Of a stretch of 64,000 bases of DNA, positions 1 to 13,770 are shown piece by piece. Location: contig CM120641.1 of assembly GCA_051362555.1 (NCBI GenBank), positions 25,860,401 to 25,924,400 on the forward strand. The letters run 5' to 3'. The position numbers and the translations under genes are program-made. The DNA is from Lingula anatina. Taxonomy: Eukaryota > Animalia > Brachiopoda. Under the pieces are notes generated by a model. It saw only the letters and a list, made by a program, of their open reading frames with translations, did not search any database and was not told the DNA's origin. Every line of letters begins with the position of its first letter. Position 1 is the first letter of the stretch.

Positions 1-417
1 ACCTGTCACCCCTCAAATAGAATGGACTCGCCCCACCTGTCACCCCTCAAATGAAGTGGACTCGCCCCACCTGTCACCCCTCAAATGAAGTGAACTCGCC
101 CCACCTGTCACCCCTCAAATAGAATGGACTCGCCCCACCTGTCACCCCTCAAATGAAGTGGACTCGCCCCACCTGTCACCCCTCAAATGAAATGGACTCG
201 CCCCACCTGCCACCCTTCAAATGAAATGGACTTGCCCCACCTGTCACCCCTCAAATAGAATGGACTCGCCCCACCTGCCACCCCTCAAATGAAATGGACT
301 CGCCCCACCTGTCACCCCTCAAATAGAATGGACTCGCCCGACCTGCCACCCCTCAAATAGAATGGACTCGCCCCACCTGTCTCCCCTTACAATAAAATAG
401 ACTCGCCCCACTTGTCA
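1..417. repeat. 34-bp minisatellite, about 12 copies, running off the window start
   Basis: Unit acctgtcacccctcaaat(ag/ga)aatggactcgcccc recurs at 1, 35, 69 ... 375; the last copy is degenerate. Confidence 0.95.
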
Positions 418-2749
418 AGTCTCCACACGGATTGGACAAAAACAAAAAACAACGCATTCTTTACTATAACATAGTTTATTTAGATTTGAATTTAAGGATT
501 GCTAAATCAAATACATTTTAAAAGTATCAATTGGAAACTGCTTTGTACGTGCAGTATGCATGATAATTAACCTTTGATAAATTGTATGTAAAAATAATTT
601 AATGCACATATTTTATTCAGTAAAATTGCAACATTTTTTATAGTAAGATGTACTCTTGAAATATAGAAAAACCGATTTTGTTGCACATACCAAGTACCTG
701 AAAACGACCATTCAAAAGTTATACATACCAGTACATGCCAACCAGGCGAAAATTCATGAACATTAAGTAAATTAAACACACTTAATTGTGGAATACTGCT
801 GAATTGTTGAAAAAAATTGCTCTTTCTTGCCGTTTTTGGTTTCAGAATTTCGTTCTTTCACAAGTGATGTTAGAACACCCAGAGTGTTTATACAAAGATG
901 AAGGCAAATATTAAATAATGGAGAGGTTTGTTATAAACAGAATTGGATATTTCAAAGTATGCTATAAGATAATTTGGAAAAATCTACAGCATATCTTTAT
1001 TTACCGTTTTAATTAGCTGCAATATTTTAGCACTGTTAACAAGATAGACCATGGCGAAACTGAAATGCAATACTAAATTTCTTTAATAACAATCGGCAGT
1101 TGAACAATTTATGTGAAATCTTAATGCGCAACGTAAGTAAACAGTGATCTCAATACACGGACAGAATTTTGGCAAAAACATTTGATAATTTGCAAAGTTT
1201 TCAAGAAATCTTTTAAGTATGTTTCGAAACAGTCCAAAGAATACAATTTGAAATAGATTAAATATGTTTTTAAAAGCCTGTGTATATAAACATCACTTTT
1301 ATAACCGTCTCTGGGTCGTTTAGAAATTGAAAACTCCAAAAAGAAAAACACATTTATTCGGCTGAAATAGTTTGTCACTCGTAGGTTTACGGTTATATCA
1401 TTATAAACATTTAAAATTAATAAATGCAATTTTACAATGCCAATTAAGATAAAATATCATGTGATAGCTAATCGACTTTAAAGAACGATCCTACTAAAGA
1501 GTAGGCCGACTATATGATGAAAAAATACCTTTATCCCCAAAGTCTAATTAAACGTGTAGATAGTTTGAGGTCGCCGAAAGAGTTTTAATGGAATCAGATT
1601 CATTCGAGCTCGTTGTTTGGAACAATTAAATATAATAATGATTCATACCTAAGGTATATGGCTTATAAATTATATCAGTAAACTATTTTCAACTTCAAAA
1701 AATCGATTTGTTATCTTTAAATGCTTTTAAAATCACAACAAGATCACACGCCAATCCACCATAAAACTGTTCAATCGTGATAATTGTATGTACGTGTGCG
1801 CTCGTGTAATGAGTGTGTCCAGTTCCTTAATACGGACTGAAGGCTGGGTGTGGTTCGATCAGTCACGTGCCTTCTGCAGTCAGCAAATTAGAGTCTAGTT
1901 CTGAAATATGAAAATAATACGTTAATAACGCATTTAATTATTCTATGATGATAACATACATGTATTAACTGAGACCAAAGAAACTTCAAATGAAAAAAAG
2001 TAGCGTTGATATTGAAAGAATTAGCACTGGAAGAGCATCAAATTTATACAGAAATTCCAATAAAAAGATATAAAATTAGAGCACAAAAGAACTATACATT
2101 TCTGAACAAATTTCAATAAATGTGATACTTGTCTCTAACACTTTGAATCGAATGGCCAGGAAAAGTCAAAAGAAAAATAAGTAAAAGTAAAAACGACCAC
2201 CTTCGTTCTTCTGTTTTAGTTTCAATTTTAAAATAAAACGTAATAAGATTTTTAAATCAATCTAGTATATATCAGCTTTTAGTACAGACACTCAAAGTCT
2301 AATACTAGTAAATTTAACAAATATTGAAGAAATTTCTATAAACTACAGGAGATAGAAACTGGACAACAAACTGTGACAGTTTACATGCATGATAACGGGT
2401 TCCTTTCGTATTATTCAGTGACAGCGTGCCATCGAGTTTTTAAATATTTTAAAAGATGGTCACCATACAGTTTTACAAAATGTGAAGGACCAACGAGCTA
2501 CACTGTCGACTGGCATTTAGAGGACATAACATGGCAATTTGAACACCCAGAAACGTGAACTACGCGGTACTAGAAATGTTGAAAAGGGGCCATTGTGAGA
2601 AACATTCCGGATACAAATAACACCATGGTCATTACCGACAGAGAACAATAGAAATGCAAACAAAGTTGCTCATATAAACTACGATTTCACGTTACACATA
2701 ACCTTTTTCATTATTATACGTCTTTACTGCAAGAATGAAAAAGAAGTGT

Positions 2750-2960
2750 TACTTACAAGACACATTTGCTTTTACGCAGTTGAAAGTTCGGCTCTTCGTC
2801 TTCGTCTGACACAGTCCAGCTGTCAAGTGACTATAATTCTGAAAACAGCTCGCACCGTGTCCACTGACTTATTGTTATGTAAATCACAACAGGTAGGCCA
2901 CACGCACCCTGAGCTGGCCACACGTGACTAGGAGAGTTGCTGCTGAGATCCTTCTCATGG
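2750..2960 (-). promoter_or_regulatory. Possible promoter/first non-coding exon of a neighbouring minus-strand gene
   Basis: CpG-retaining region with a minus-strand donor GTAAGT (acttac at 2750-2755) and an E-box CACGTG near 2920. No coding evidence. Confidence 0.2.
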
Positions 2961-3360
2961 AAATAGGCGAAAATAATTACGAATGGCCTGACAGATAAAT
3001 TGATGAAATCAGACTTTTAGGCGAGTGAGACATAAGGACGAATAAAAGGATCGTTTTATTCGTCGAATATGAGGATTCATGTTAATTCACCGTTAATTCT
3101 AAGTTCCCAGTGTCTACTGAAACGCAGGATGCAGTAGGGGTGCGCTTGAATAATGCGATTTATGCAAATAGTAAATGTCCGCATCGTTAGTTTGCCGCAA
3201 ATAACTTTATAAACCACTGTTGAAATAAGTAGGAGCTATAGTACAATTTAAAATAATTATTTTAAAAAACAAAACACGATAAGATAAATGTATTTGCAGA
3301 CATACTTACAAAAATGGTTATAAAATCAAGTTTTGACTGTTTCTGCATACATGTACGAGT

Positions 3361-3640
3361 CACGGGCGGTTCCAGGATTATTTGAAGGGGGGTCCGGAAC
3401 GACAGGCTTCGGATGCGATGCCGACCATCGCCCCCTTGTTTTGGGCCTCCTCAAGGGCCCCCAAATTTTTTTTTGGTGTTTTGGAGAGTAAAAAGTGCCC
3501 TTTGGTACGGTTTAGAACTATTATTTAGCAAGTCAATTTTCTTATCTAAAGAGGGGGAATATTGATGTGATACGTTTTACAGAAACCGAAGGGGGGGGGG
3601 GTCAGGACCCCCTCACTCCCCCTTTCTAAATCCCCCACTG
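3361..3640. mobile_element. Degenerate MITE with CA..GGCGG(A/T)TCCAGG-type termini
   Basis: Starts cacgggcggttccagg and ends ctaaatcccccactg (imperfect inverted repeat). A related 5' end occurs at about 29189. Confidence 0.55.
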
Positions 3641-4319
3641 CAAATGTACCATTATACACCATACCTGCAGTAACAAGCATTTTGATAAGAAAGAATGGGA
3701 GGGGGGTGAAGTAAGGTTTATCTTTTGCAGAAAAAAAGACCCATCTTAGTATATTTTATTCTTAAAAACATGTTTTCAGTTCAAATGAATCCGTTGTGCC
3801 ATGTGTTTCTTTAAACATTTTATCATTGGAAATGGCTCAACTGCTTGATTAAAACAGATGATTTTTTACTTTTATCATATATGTATAATCTAGCCATGAG
3901 CAGAAAATAGCCAAATAAAGAACCAGAATAAATTCAAAACAATTTATTTTCATTAAAATCTATTCTGGCCAGCTTGATATATACTAGCAATACAACATTC
4001 TGTATCAACAAAGTACTCTTATAAACAAGTACCAGCAGAAAAATGTGGCTGCAAATATAATTGTTCATAAAAATAAAAAATGTGCACATGTTAGCAACTT
4101 AATAATTATGATTTCACACATTATAAGTAAATACTAGTATGGTACAGTAAATTAACACTGAAAACTATGATTTATATGGTCTATGACATGAGGTCTATTT
4201 GGATGAGCAGTTACTTAATATTAGTAATGATTGATACAAATGGCACATTCCAAGCAGTATACATTTATAACATTGCCCCCAGTGTTTTATTTTCCTTGCC
4301 AGTATAAAATATCCAAACA

Positions 4320-4478
4320 AGCCAGGGGGGGTTTGGGGGGTTCGAAAGAACCGCCCCTTTTGCTGGGAAAAGGTCCACTCTGGGTAAAATTTGATCTAGG
4401 TACATGAAGTTTTTATGGGAAAAGGTCCACTTTTTCAGAAAAAGAACCCCCCTTTTGAAATTGCTGGCTACGGGCCTG
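4320..4478. mobile_element. MITE family C copy (5'-truncated)
   Basis: Near-identical to 58273-58440; ends ctggctacgggcctg. Confidence 0.8.
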
Positions 4479-5309
4479 GATTTAAGACATATTTTCAGAA
4501 TCATGCCACATTGTTTTCTGAAATTAAAGTATGATTATGTTAGTGAATTAACTCCACTGGTCTGGACATTAATGAAAAGAAGTAGGAAGGGACACACATC
4601 TGATTTTGTAAATTCTTTGCCATGATTTTTGGTATCATGGTATAAGACTGAAAATGTGAAAAAAAAAATGTAGATAACATACACTGTGTATAATTGTTAA
4701 ATCATCACCATTTTCCAATAAGGCCAAACCATGCGCTAATATGCTCACAGTTTGGTAACATTAAATCCTTTTACAGCAGAAATACATCAACTACTTTACA
4801 CCAATAAAAAAGCAGGTATGAGACTACTTTTGTTTAAGGTCTTAAACAGTACTGCAAAGTAACAACTAAACACTGCAAAAAGTTACATTTTTACCAAAAC
4901 TGTAAAATATGATCTGTTGAACCAGTAGTGTGCTTGGTAAGACACAGGTAATTCAGTTAATCTGCAATATGCAAATTGGATACAATTCATTACATTGAAG
5001 AAAAAGAGGCAATGGGGGTGTAACAGTGAGACTAATACATGTAATATACTTATCAGTAAAGTAATCAGTAAAATGAATTTATTCACAGATGTACCCTGTA
5101 AATCTCACAATGAGGTACGGTATGTTCCATCAGATCATGCAGAAAAGACAGATTCACCAACTGACTAACTTAACCAATATTTAAACCACAAAATGTCCCC
5201 ACATCACCGGATTACATACTGTGTAGCTTATAAACTGGCACTAGTGTCTTCTCACCATGGAATTTTAAATCCCATGTTCATCAAGTCATTCCTATGAGGA
5301 CAGCAATAA

Positions 5310-5533
5310 GAGACCATTCCCATAACCCTATTGTACTAGCAGGATCGATCTATCTCCAAGGGGATTTCGCTAAATTGCTTTCAGTTTAAGCATGCACAAA
5401 AGTTATTTACCCCCCTAGCAGCTTCAGTGGGCATGACAGACATTTGAGCTGTTTAAACTGAATGCAATTTAGCAAGAAGCCCCTCAGAGTTAGATTGATC
5501 CTGCTTGAACGATAGCTTTGTGGGAACCCAGTT
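5310..5533. mobile_element. Tourist/Harbinger-like MITE family A
   Basis: gaccattcccataacc...gggaacccag with internal palindromy; homologous to 41084-41295 and, inverted, to 60273-60533. Confidence 0.75.
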
Positions 5534-6313
5534 TTAGTCTATTTACAGTCCAAGTTAGCCCATTTATGATCATGGCTTTTCAGTATTAGCACAACAGTAT
5601 ATTAATTGCTATTACTACGCCACAGCAAGTGAGTCAAAACGGGTTGAGTTGGTATTGGGAGCAGAGTAAAATAATATAGTTCACATCCTAGCAAACTATG
5701 GTAAAAGTACAAATAAATAACAGTAAACTTCAACATTTACAACTGTATTTAAAAATGCTGCAATCCATAGCTTTTCAGTATAATCATAATAACACATAAA
5801 CCTTATCCAAGGCAGCGAGGAGAGAGTATATTTCACAGGATAATGGCACTGTACACATAGGCACAATACTCCAGCAATGCATTTAAAGCTAGGAAAAAGT
5901 ACAACAAGACATATTTCAGTTGTAAAAGGTTTCTTTGATTTGAATAATGAATAATAATCCTGTTTTGCTTTGATACAAACTGAGAAAAGATATTTTATAT
6001 GACAATGGCAGGCATATTTTTAAAGGGGGAGGGAGGGAGGTGAAAGAACAGAGAGGGAGAAATATTCTCTTCAAACAGTGAGACAGCAAAATATATGATT
6101 ATCCTTATCATGTACATGTACTATTAGCATAGTTGAAAGCTAGGTAAACCTTGGTCCACTATTCCCTTGTAAAAGAAATCACATTGCACCTATGTTCTTT
6201 GCAGATTTATAGGATACAACACGGAGTACCTACTGAGCAAACACCCTAAGTTTCAGAGCACCGACTGTGACTCTCCTCTACCCAGTTTTGACACCGTTTC
6301 AGCATGCTGATTT

Positions 6314-6475
6314 TCAGGGGGTTCGGAGGGTTTGAAAGAACGTCCCTTTTTGTCAGAAAAGGTCTATTCTGGATAAAATTTGATCTAGGTACACATAGAT
6401 TTCATTGTGAAAGGTCCACTTATTGAGAAAAAGACCCCCCCCCTTTTTTTTTTGAATTTTCTGGCTACAGGCTTG
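6314..6475. mobile_element. MITE family C copy (diverged)
   Basis: Homologous to 4320-4478 and 58273-58440. Confidence 0.75.
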
Positions 6476-7491
6476 CAGTACATGTACTGGTTCTAGAGGG
6501 GAGTTCTCAGTTGACTCTGAAACCCAGAGATTTCATTATTCCCCATGGGTCCAGTGGTTTTGAAGCACTAGCACAGTAGCTGTTAAGTACTGGCATGGCA
6601 GCTACTCTCAGGTTGACTTGGTGCTATAGTTAGTCAGGGATAATACAGATCTTCTACTTTCTATCCTAAGGGTAAGTGATCTCTTGCCAGAGCTCTGAAA
6701 GTGGACAATCATGCGCATTATGTACTGATCTTCAGTTTGGTTTAATGGCTGAGGACACGTAGAATGGCTAGTACAGATGTTGTCACAAGCTCTACATGTA
6801 CAAGTTACAAGCAGGATTTGGGAACAATGGATGCAAACAGACAAAAAACCCAACCAGCTTCATCTGAAATTCCTCAAATGCATTAACACAAATTAGATGA
6901 AAAAGAACCCCTCAAATGATGATTCATAAAAGCAATGTAAAATACACTTCCTCTTAAGGCACCTTTCTGTACCAAGTTCTGAACTCGCATCCCACTTAAA
7001 TAAATTTTGAAGACTTGTGTTGTTTTTTTTAGCTTAAACCAGTGCATTTTTCACAATTTTGAATAAAAATGCAATTTTTGAGCAAGGGCTGCAATTAACA
7101 TCATTTCAATAGGCTGTATCATGCCTCTGAAATAAAGGTACACGCTACCTTGAAATAAAACTGAAAGATTATAAAAATAAAAAGTAATGACAAAGACATG
7201 ATACTGAAGTTCAATTCCAAATAATTAATTTTGTTAGTCTTGTACATGTGAATACTGTGCTATATCAAAGATCTAAGCAAGAATGGGTTGATTTTGACAT
7301 CTGAATGCACAAATTTGAAGGATATACAACCTGAAAGAAAAGAGTATAATGCATACTTGGCATATACTACAGTAGTACATGTACAGAAAGTATGCCTTAA
7401 GAGTAAGACACATCTATCAAGCTTGTAATGAATGAGGTGGTCAAGCATAACTTAATGCACAGTGTCCAAGTGCAGCCAGCTGCTTGATTTT

Positions 7492-7664
7492 GGGGCCGTA
7501 GCAATAGTCCGAAGGTTCAATAGTCCGAAGGTTCATTGGTCCGAATATTTACTATAGAACCTTCGGACCAATGAACCCTTGATTAAAAAAACGATGAAAA
7601 TGTTACCACTTTTCAGACCAATGAACCTTCGGACCAATGAAATTTCGGGCTATCGAGATGCCCC
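7492..7664. mobile_element. MITE family D with 9-bp TSD (Mutator-like)
   Basis: ggggccgtagcaatagtccgaa...ctatcgagatgcccc flanked by cttgatttt at 7483-7491 and 7665-7673; second copy at 53091-53253. Confidence 0.8.
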
Positions 7665-7730
7665 CTTGATTTTAGTGGAAAGTAATTACATGGAGGTGCA
7701 GTAAAAAGCATATATATCATGCATCACAAC

Positions 7731-7917
7731 CACAAGCGGATCCAGAAAATAAAAGTGGAACCAAGCACAGTTCAGCTTCCATTTTCTTTTGCCCAACCCT
7801 TAATGATGAAATGTAGTTGAAGTACTTGAAATATAATGCATATTTTCAAAGTATGTTTCCACCGCCTTGCTTTGGGAAAATGATTTGGCTTCCAGATATC
7901 CTCTAGATCCGCTTATG
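7731..7917. mobile_element. MITE with about 16-bp TIRs
   Basis: Left end cacaagcggatccaga; right end tctagatccgcttatg (reverse complement cataagcggatctaga). Confidence 0.6.
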
Positions 7918-9138
7918 AAAAATTTAATTGATCTTCCATAGTCCACAATCACAAACCATTTACATGTACATTTTCAGTTATACACCCAGTTGTACATGCA
8001 TTCAATCTCTTCTTGTCAACAAAAAGATAATATTCGCTAAGAGAACATATCTGTATCTGTCCATATACGTCTAAGAAGATCACTACTGGTATGAGATAGA
8101 CGAGATATATGCCCTTAGACTAGCCACAATGTCGTCCCACAATCACCAACACAAAATCTGCTTATATGTATACTGTTTAAAAGAGCAAGACAGTGTGGTA
8201 GCTGCCCCAATTTATATACATGGATGTGGTAAGGACTGTTATAACTAGCTTTACATGGTATATCTTACACATTTGCTACATTGTAGCCATATCTCTGGGT
8301 AGCCAACTCATTTGAACATTTTCCATGTACTTTTGACAATCAATTTATATGCAGTTTTTGGGGGCAAAACTCGTGAAAAAAATTTTATGGACTTTGAGAA
8401 CCTACAGCAGGCTTATAAAGTTTCACATATTTAGAAGTAATTTCCGAAAGTGCATGTACATGTACATGTTCGTACTGCATGCGCGTGTGCAGTAGCACAT
8501 CTTGGGCATATTGTGCAGTACTACTTCAGTCTTGGCATCCTAGCTTAAATGTTGACAAACCTAAAACTACTTAAGTTTTGTATTTCTTTAGTGTGACAGT
8601 ATTGACAACAATTTTTGAACATCAGACACTGAACACCATGCATCCCCCATAGGGTAATTCCTACATGTATTGAGCCTTAGTTTCAGTAACATTGAACACC
8701 TTAAAATATACAAGTAGGACCATTGCATCCTAGATTCATACACAAAACAGTTTTCATTCTTTCCAAATATGCTCTCCAGCGTGGTCAAATAAAATGCTGT
8801 AGACACAGTTTGATGTCCTTTTGTGTGGAATTATAACAAAAGCTACCAGGTCTCTTGCCTGCCTGGGAATTTGGTGCTTTTAAGCATTGAAATACTTCAA
8901 TTTTTCTAGATATGAAAGTGCACTTCTTTTTTCATATGACATGCAGATTATTACAGATCACACAGTGAATCATGCACACTGTACATATTGACATGCAAAA
9001 AGATCCTCATAGTCTTGATTGCATTAGATGTGATCTTGAGTGCAATGGGAGTGATCTCGATTGCGTTAGGTGAGCCGAGCCGAGCCTGACACAATCCTTC
9101 CTTGCTGAGGCAGGTGAGTGAGTGCAGTGAGAAAGAAG

Positions 9139-9204
9139 TCACGGAGCAGTACCCGTAGTAGATCCAAAACTTGGAAGCTTCGGGATAAAGAGGCCACGGG
9201 AGGA
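9139..9204 (-). CDS. RGS7: Candidate alternative terminal exon of RGS7 (SSRGLFIPKLPSFGSTTGTAP*)
   Basis: Strong acceptor ttctgcctttttttag at phase 0, matching the internal donor AAG|gtacta at 12853/12852; TGA at 9139-9141. Confidence 0.55.
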   Translation of the reverse strand, partial: SSRGLFIPKLPSFGSTTGTAP

Positions 9205-12200
9205 CTAAAAAAAGGCAGAACATGACAAAAAATGAAGCAGCAATATCAGAAAAAGAGAAAGACACACACTCAGACGCAAAGCTGCCTGGAAGTCACTCAC
9301 TGGATAGAACTTAGTATAATAATATGATCCTTTCAGTTCAGATGTCCTTTAAGTTAAACTCATCTGGACATAAATGCCACCAGAGAAACCTTGGCATATT
9401 TTTGCCCAATCCACATGCCTTTAATAAAAAAAAAAACAAAAAACTAAATCTCTCCTGTTAAGAGGATCTTGCAGTTAGTTGGTATGTATATCAATCATTG
9501 TTTTTTTACTGTCATTTTGATATAAAGAATATAAAAACCAATATATAATGGATATAATTTGTCGGGGCATTCTCTTGATTTTTTAAAACCGTGTTATCAA
9601 ATGCTTAATTCTGATGCACTTCCTGAGTTAATTCCACATCCCCGAAAAGATTGGTTTCAAATTTTAGAAGAAGAAAATACAAAAATCAATGACTGAACTG
9701 ATAGGATTCTATTAAATGCAAGTAGTACACACAATTAGTGATAAGTTTTCATTCATAGATTGAGTAATACAGGTTACTTCAGGTATGAGAAGGCTTTATC
9801 AAAGTCACAACAAATAGAACATGGGTATGTTTATTAATAATAATAGTAATAATAATAATAATAATATATCCATTTGTAATGCCTAACATATTGATATGAT
9901 CTGCCTGAGTGTGTAAGCTTGTATTGATGTGTGTGTGCGGCTGTGTTATAAAATCTATGATTTTATGATGACAATATTAACACAACAATAATTTACGTTA
10001 TTGCTTTCCATGATCTACTTACATGCTTTATGTGTTATTTGGCAATAAATAATTGTATCTTATATATATATATATAATATATCTATCTACATGTATAAAA
10101 CCTACCACACAATTAAATACTGATATTTCATTTATTGCACTTAAGTACAAATTGACTAAGAAATGTGATCCAAAAATAGTAAATCTAACAATTTCAGAAA
10201 TATACTTTGACTTTGTTTTGAGTGATATATTTATACGTCTGCACACATATACTCTTGTACTATTGCACTGAGGGTTTAAAACAAAATAAGAAACTAATAA
10301 TAATAATAATAATGAAGAATTAAAATATAATAAATCAGGAAGGCTTGCAAGACAACTGAAAAACCAATCATCAAACAAGTTTTTGAAAATTATTGCACAA
10401 GATGTCAACTACTGTTATAGAGATAATGTCACCCTGTTTTGTCTGACACTATTTATGTATATGTATATGTATATATAAACAACCCTCCCAATTATCTGTG
10501 AAAAAATGCAGAATTGGTTAGAATCTATGCTAGGTGAAAATACATGTATATGTACAATGACAAGAAAATGCCAAAAGCAGGAAACGGTGAACAACCAGTA
10601 GTTTGTCATTTTGCACTTCTCTCACAGCTTCACTTCTGTCTATTAGTCAGAAATTTACCGCACAGCAACAGATTCAGCAGTTTCTTGCCAAGGTAGCACA
10701 GTTTGCCCAGTGGGCCATTTTGCTTCCATGCAACCCCATTTAGAACTGACACCAAAGACATACAGTGTATCCAGTATAACTAATGAAATGTTTTTACATG
10801 TACTTTCATAAACTTGTATATACCACATGAAAATAGGAACATTTTTAGGCTTGCTTTCAATACATGAGGCTACACATATCTACATCTAGGTGCAAGTGGC
10901 ATGTGTTAGTGTTTTTTTTTTTTTTTTTGAGAAAAAAAAAGGACACATGTCGTTGACACTGAGGTGTACTGTTTGTTCAGGTAAAGCACATTATCATAAT
11001 AGCTGGAACACCTTTTGTAAGCAAAGAGCACAGAAGTAAGTTGTTGAGATTAAGGCATAATGTGTTTCTTGAGAAAAAGCACCGTGTTTTAGTTGTGATA
11101 AGGCATTGGTTTTTGGTTGGATTATAGCGATTTTGATTCTCAAGAGATTGCAGCACTAAGATTTTATGATTTGTGCCTACAAGGTCCATAACAGCATACC
11201 AGTCAATTATATTATATTAATTATTTCATTTGTTTTTGTTTGTTTTTGTTTGCTTCATCTCATACAAGGCCTACATGGAGAAGAAAACATGTTTACTTCA
11301 AGGGGAAATTAAAGTAAAATATACCAGCATTTTCAGTTTTAAGCCACATGTTGTCTATTCATAAAAGGCAATACTTTCTAAAACTTAGTATACATGTATA
11401 TGTTAAATGCCAAAAGAGGTCTAATCTTCATAAAAAAAGTAAAAGAAAACTCTTAAAGAAAGTTTACGATTTTCAAAGGTCATAGGAAATTACCATACAT
11501 AAAAATACAATTCAACCTACTATTCTTAAGAAAATGCTGCCAGGCACTTCATAATCTCAAGAAAATTTCATTCAAACAAAGATGTCATATGTAACATTGT
11601 AAAGTGGAAACCTTTTCAAATGAAAAATTACCAATCAGAATAACATTCATAAAAGAAGCGTCAAATGAAAGTATTCTATAATTTGTGTGACATGAAAAAG
11701 AGAAAAAATAGGTAAAAAACAAATTGATAAAAAATGTACTGAAATGTAACACAGGTAATGACCACATTATCATTTTCAAGACTACTGACTGGCAAAGTGC
11801 TTTTTAAGTTTAAAATAAATCATTGTGTTATTTGCTAATCAAATACTTCACAACATAATAATATAAGTTTCACTTATGTGTTACATGTGACAAACTGTAC
11901 TGTAGTCTTGTCAAGTTGATTGTGTTAGGAGTGACAAGTAGCCATTGTGCGGATGTGACAATTTGTACAACTGTGGCAGTTGTATTAGCAATGAAATTAG
12001 TTGGTGCCAGTTAATATCGTTCAAGTTAATGTAGTACCATGCTAACTATTACTACACAAAATGAGTACTTCCACATAAAAAACCAATAAATATATAAATA
12101 ATAAACAGAAACATCAACTGAAAAGAGTAAAATTGCCCTTATAATAGCTTAACTACTTTTTGTAACACCTTGCAATACCAAAATTGCTCACTCCTACACA

Positions 12201-12780
12201 CACCAAATTTCATTTCAATAATCACATCTGTTCATATATATATATATATAAATCTCAGTCACATATTCCTTCATATATAGCAAATAAAGGTAATTGGTTC
12301 CAGTGTTGACAGCAAGCAAAAATGTCCATGTAACAATGCCATGCCGTAACTTCTCACTGCCGTTTCCTGTGCTTTAGTAGTGATGAGAACAAAACCCATC
12401 CAGTGCCCACAAAACTAAAGATATAACATGCAAAGTCAAGATTGTGCTTCCATAATAATAATAAAGGCGAACAATGAGGGCAGATATGACATGTATGTCA
12501 TATGTAATATGATAATCAAAGTAGTAGTAGAAGTAGTGTTTTTGTGCAAGGAGTAACTGAAAGTTCCATCCATGCAGGTTGACATACAAGTCCCACCACC
12601 ACCACTGAATGAGAAAATCCTGCTTCCTTCAATTAAAAAATCACAGTCATTGTCCATGCCACACATAGTAAAAGACAACCTTGACCTAGTTACCAAGGTC
12701 ATTTGGTTATCAAAAGGAGGCTAAGAACACAGAGAGGCCAAAGGTCAAATCAAAAGTGGCGGGACACATTGATTAATGAG

Positions 12781-12945
12781 TCATGAAGAATAGTTTGAGG
12801 CTCCTGTGGCCATTTGAGCGAAGCGCATCCAGGAGATTTTTCGAGCTAGTACCTTTTTCTTGGTGCCGTTCAGGAACTCCTTGTACATGTCTGACCTGAG
12901 GTATCTGGTGTAACTGTCATTTTTCATTAGTTTAAATATATGTTC
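12781..12945 (-). CDS. RGS7: RGS7 coding exon 15 (EHIFKLMKNDSYTRYLRSDMYKEFLNGTKKK, then read-through VLARKISWMRFAQMATGASNYSS*)
   Basis: Acceptor tctttacag; C-terminal helices of the RGS domain; internal donor after 12853. Confidence 0.9.
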   Translation of the reverse strand, partial: EHIFKLMKNDSYTRYLRSDMYKEFLNGTKKKVLARKISWMRFAQMATGASNYSS

Positions 12946-13523
12946 CTGTAAAGATAAAGAAGAAATAAAGAATTTACATGGAAGATGTTTAAACAGTGCA
13001 TGGATAACAGTATATTTGATTAATTCCAATTGACAGTAAACATGACAAATATAAATACCGAGTAGATTTTAACTGATTTGGATCTGAAAAACTTCAGAAG
13101 TACATGTAACAAACTACAGTACTCTCATTTCCCCATAGCACACCTAACACAATAAGTACAAAATTTGAAGCTAAAATCTGTCTGAGCAAATTGCATATGT
13201 TGTGTGTGCAAGTATATACTCATATAAGACAAGGCTACATCAGGTACTGGTAACATTTTTATCAAAACTGTTGCACTGGGTATACAAATACTGGGTACTA
13301 AGCCCAGGAAGTAGCTGCATGCTTTATTGCAGTTTAACACAGGGTCAGGCTCTTAAATTATAATGTCCCTCTACCCAGTAATACATGTATATCCCACTTG
13401 CCTGTGGATTACTATACATGTAACAGAGAAAGGGGCCGACAAACAGACCATCTTTTCCCCAGGTTTAGGCAACAAATGGTTTTAGCTGGACCTGTCAAAA
13501 GTCAAGTGTAACCTGGACTTTAC

Positions 13524-13638
13524 CTCTGCAACATCAAAGCAGTATCTGTTTGGATTGTTCCCCACATTCTGTCGGACAGTCTCAGCCACCCTGCTATCCA
13601 CATTGATAGGATCTATACAGCCAGGTGCCAGAAACTCT
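13524..13638 (-). CDS. RGS7: RGS7 coding exon 14 (EFLAPGCIDPINVDSRVAETVRQNVGNNPNRYCFDVAE)
   Basis: Acceptor ttgcag, donor gtaaag, 115 nt; RGS-domain FLAPG..PIN.DS motif. Confidence 0.93.
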
Positions 13639-13770
13639 CTGCAATATAAAAATAAAGCCATACAGTCTACATGCATGTTGCTCTTTGTACCTGTAGCTTA
13701 TGAAGAGTAGTAGTATATAGTGGAGCTTTTTATAACTGGTGTGGAGGATACAGCTGTCCTAGACATGAAT

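Noticed and set aside
1-417. Regular about 34-bp repeats resembling a CRISPR array
   Set aside because: Units are head-to-tail with no unique spacers, in a eukaryotic context with no cas genes.
8951-9265. 104-aa minus-strand hydrophobic ORF
   Set aside because: It has no ATG start, runs through a polypyrimidine tract and overlaps the candidate RGS terminal exon in another frame.
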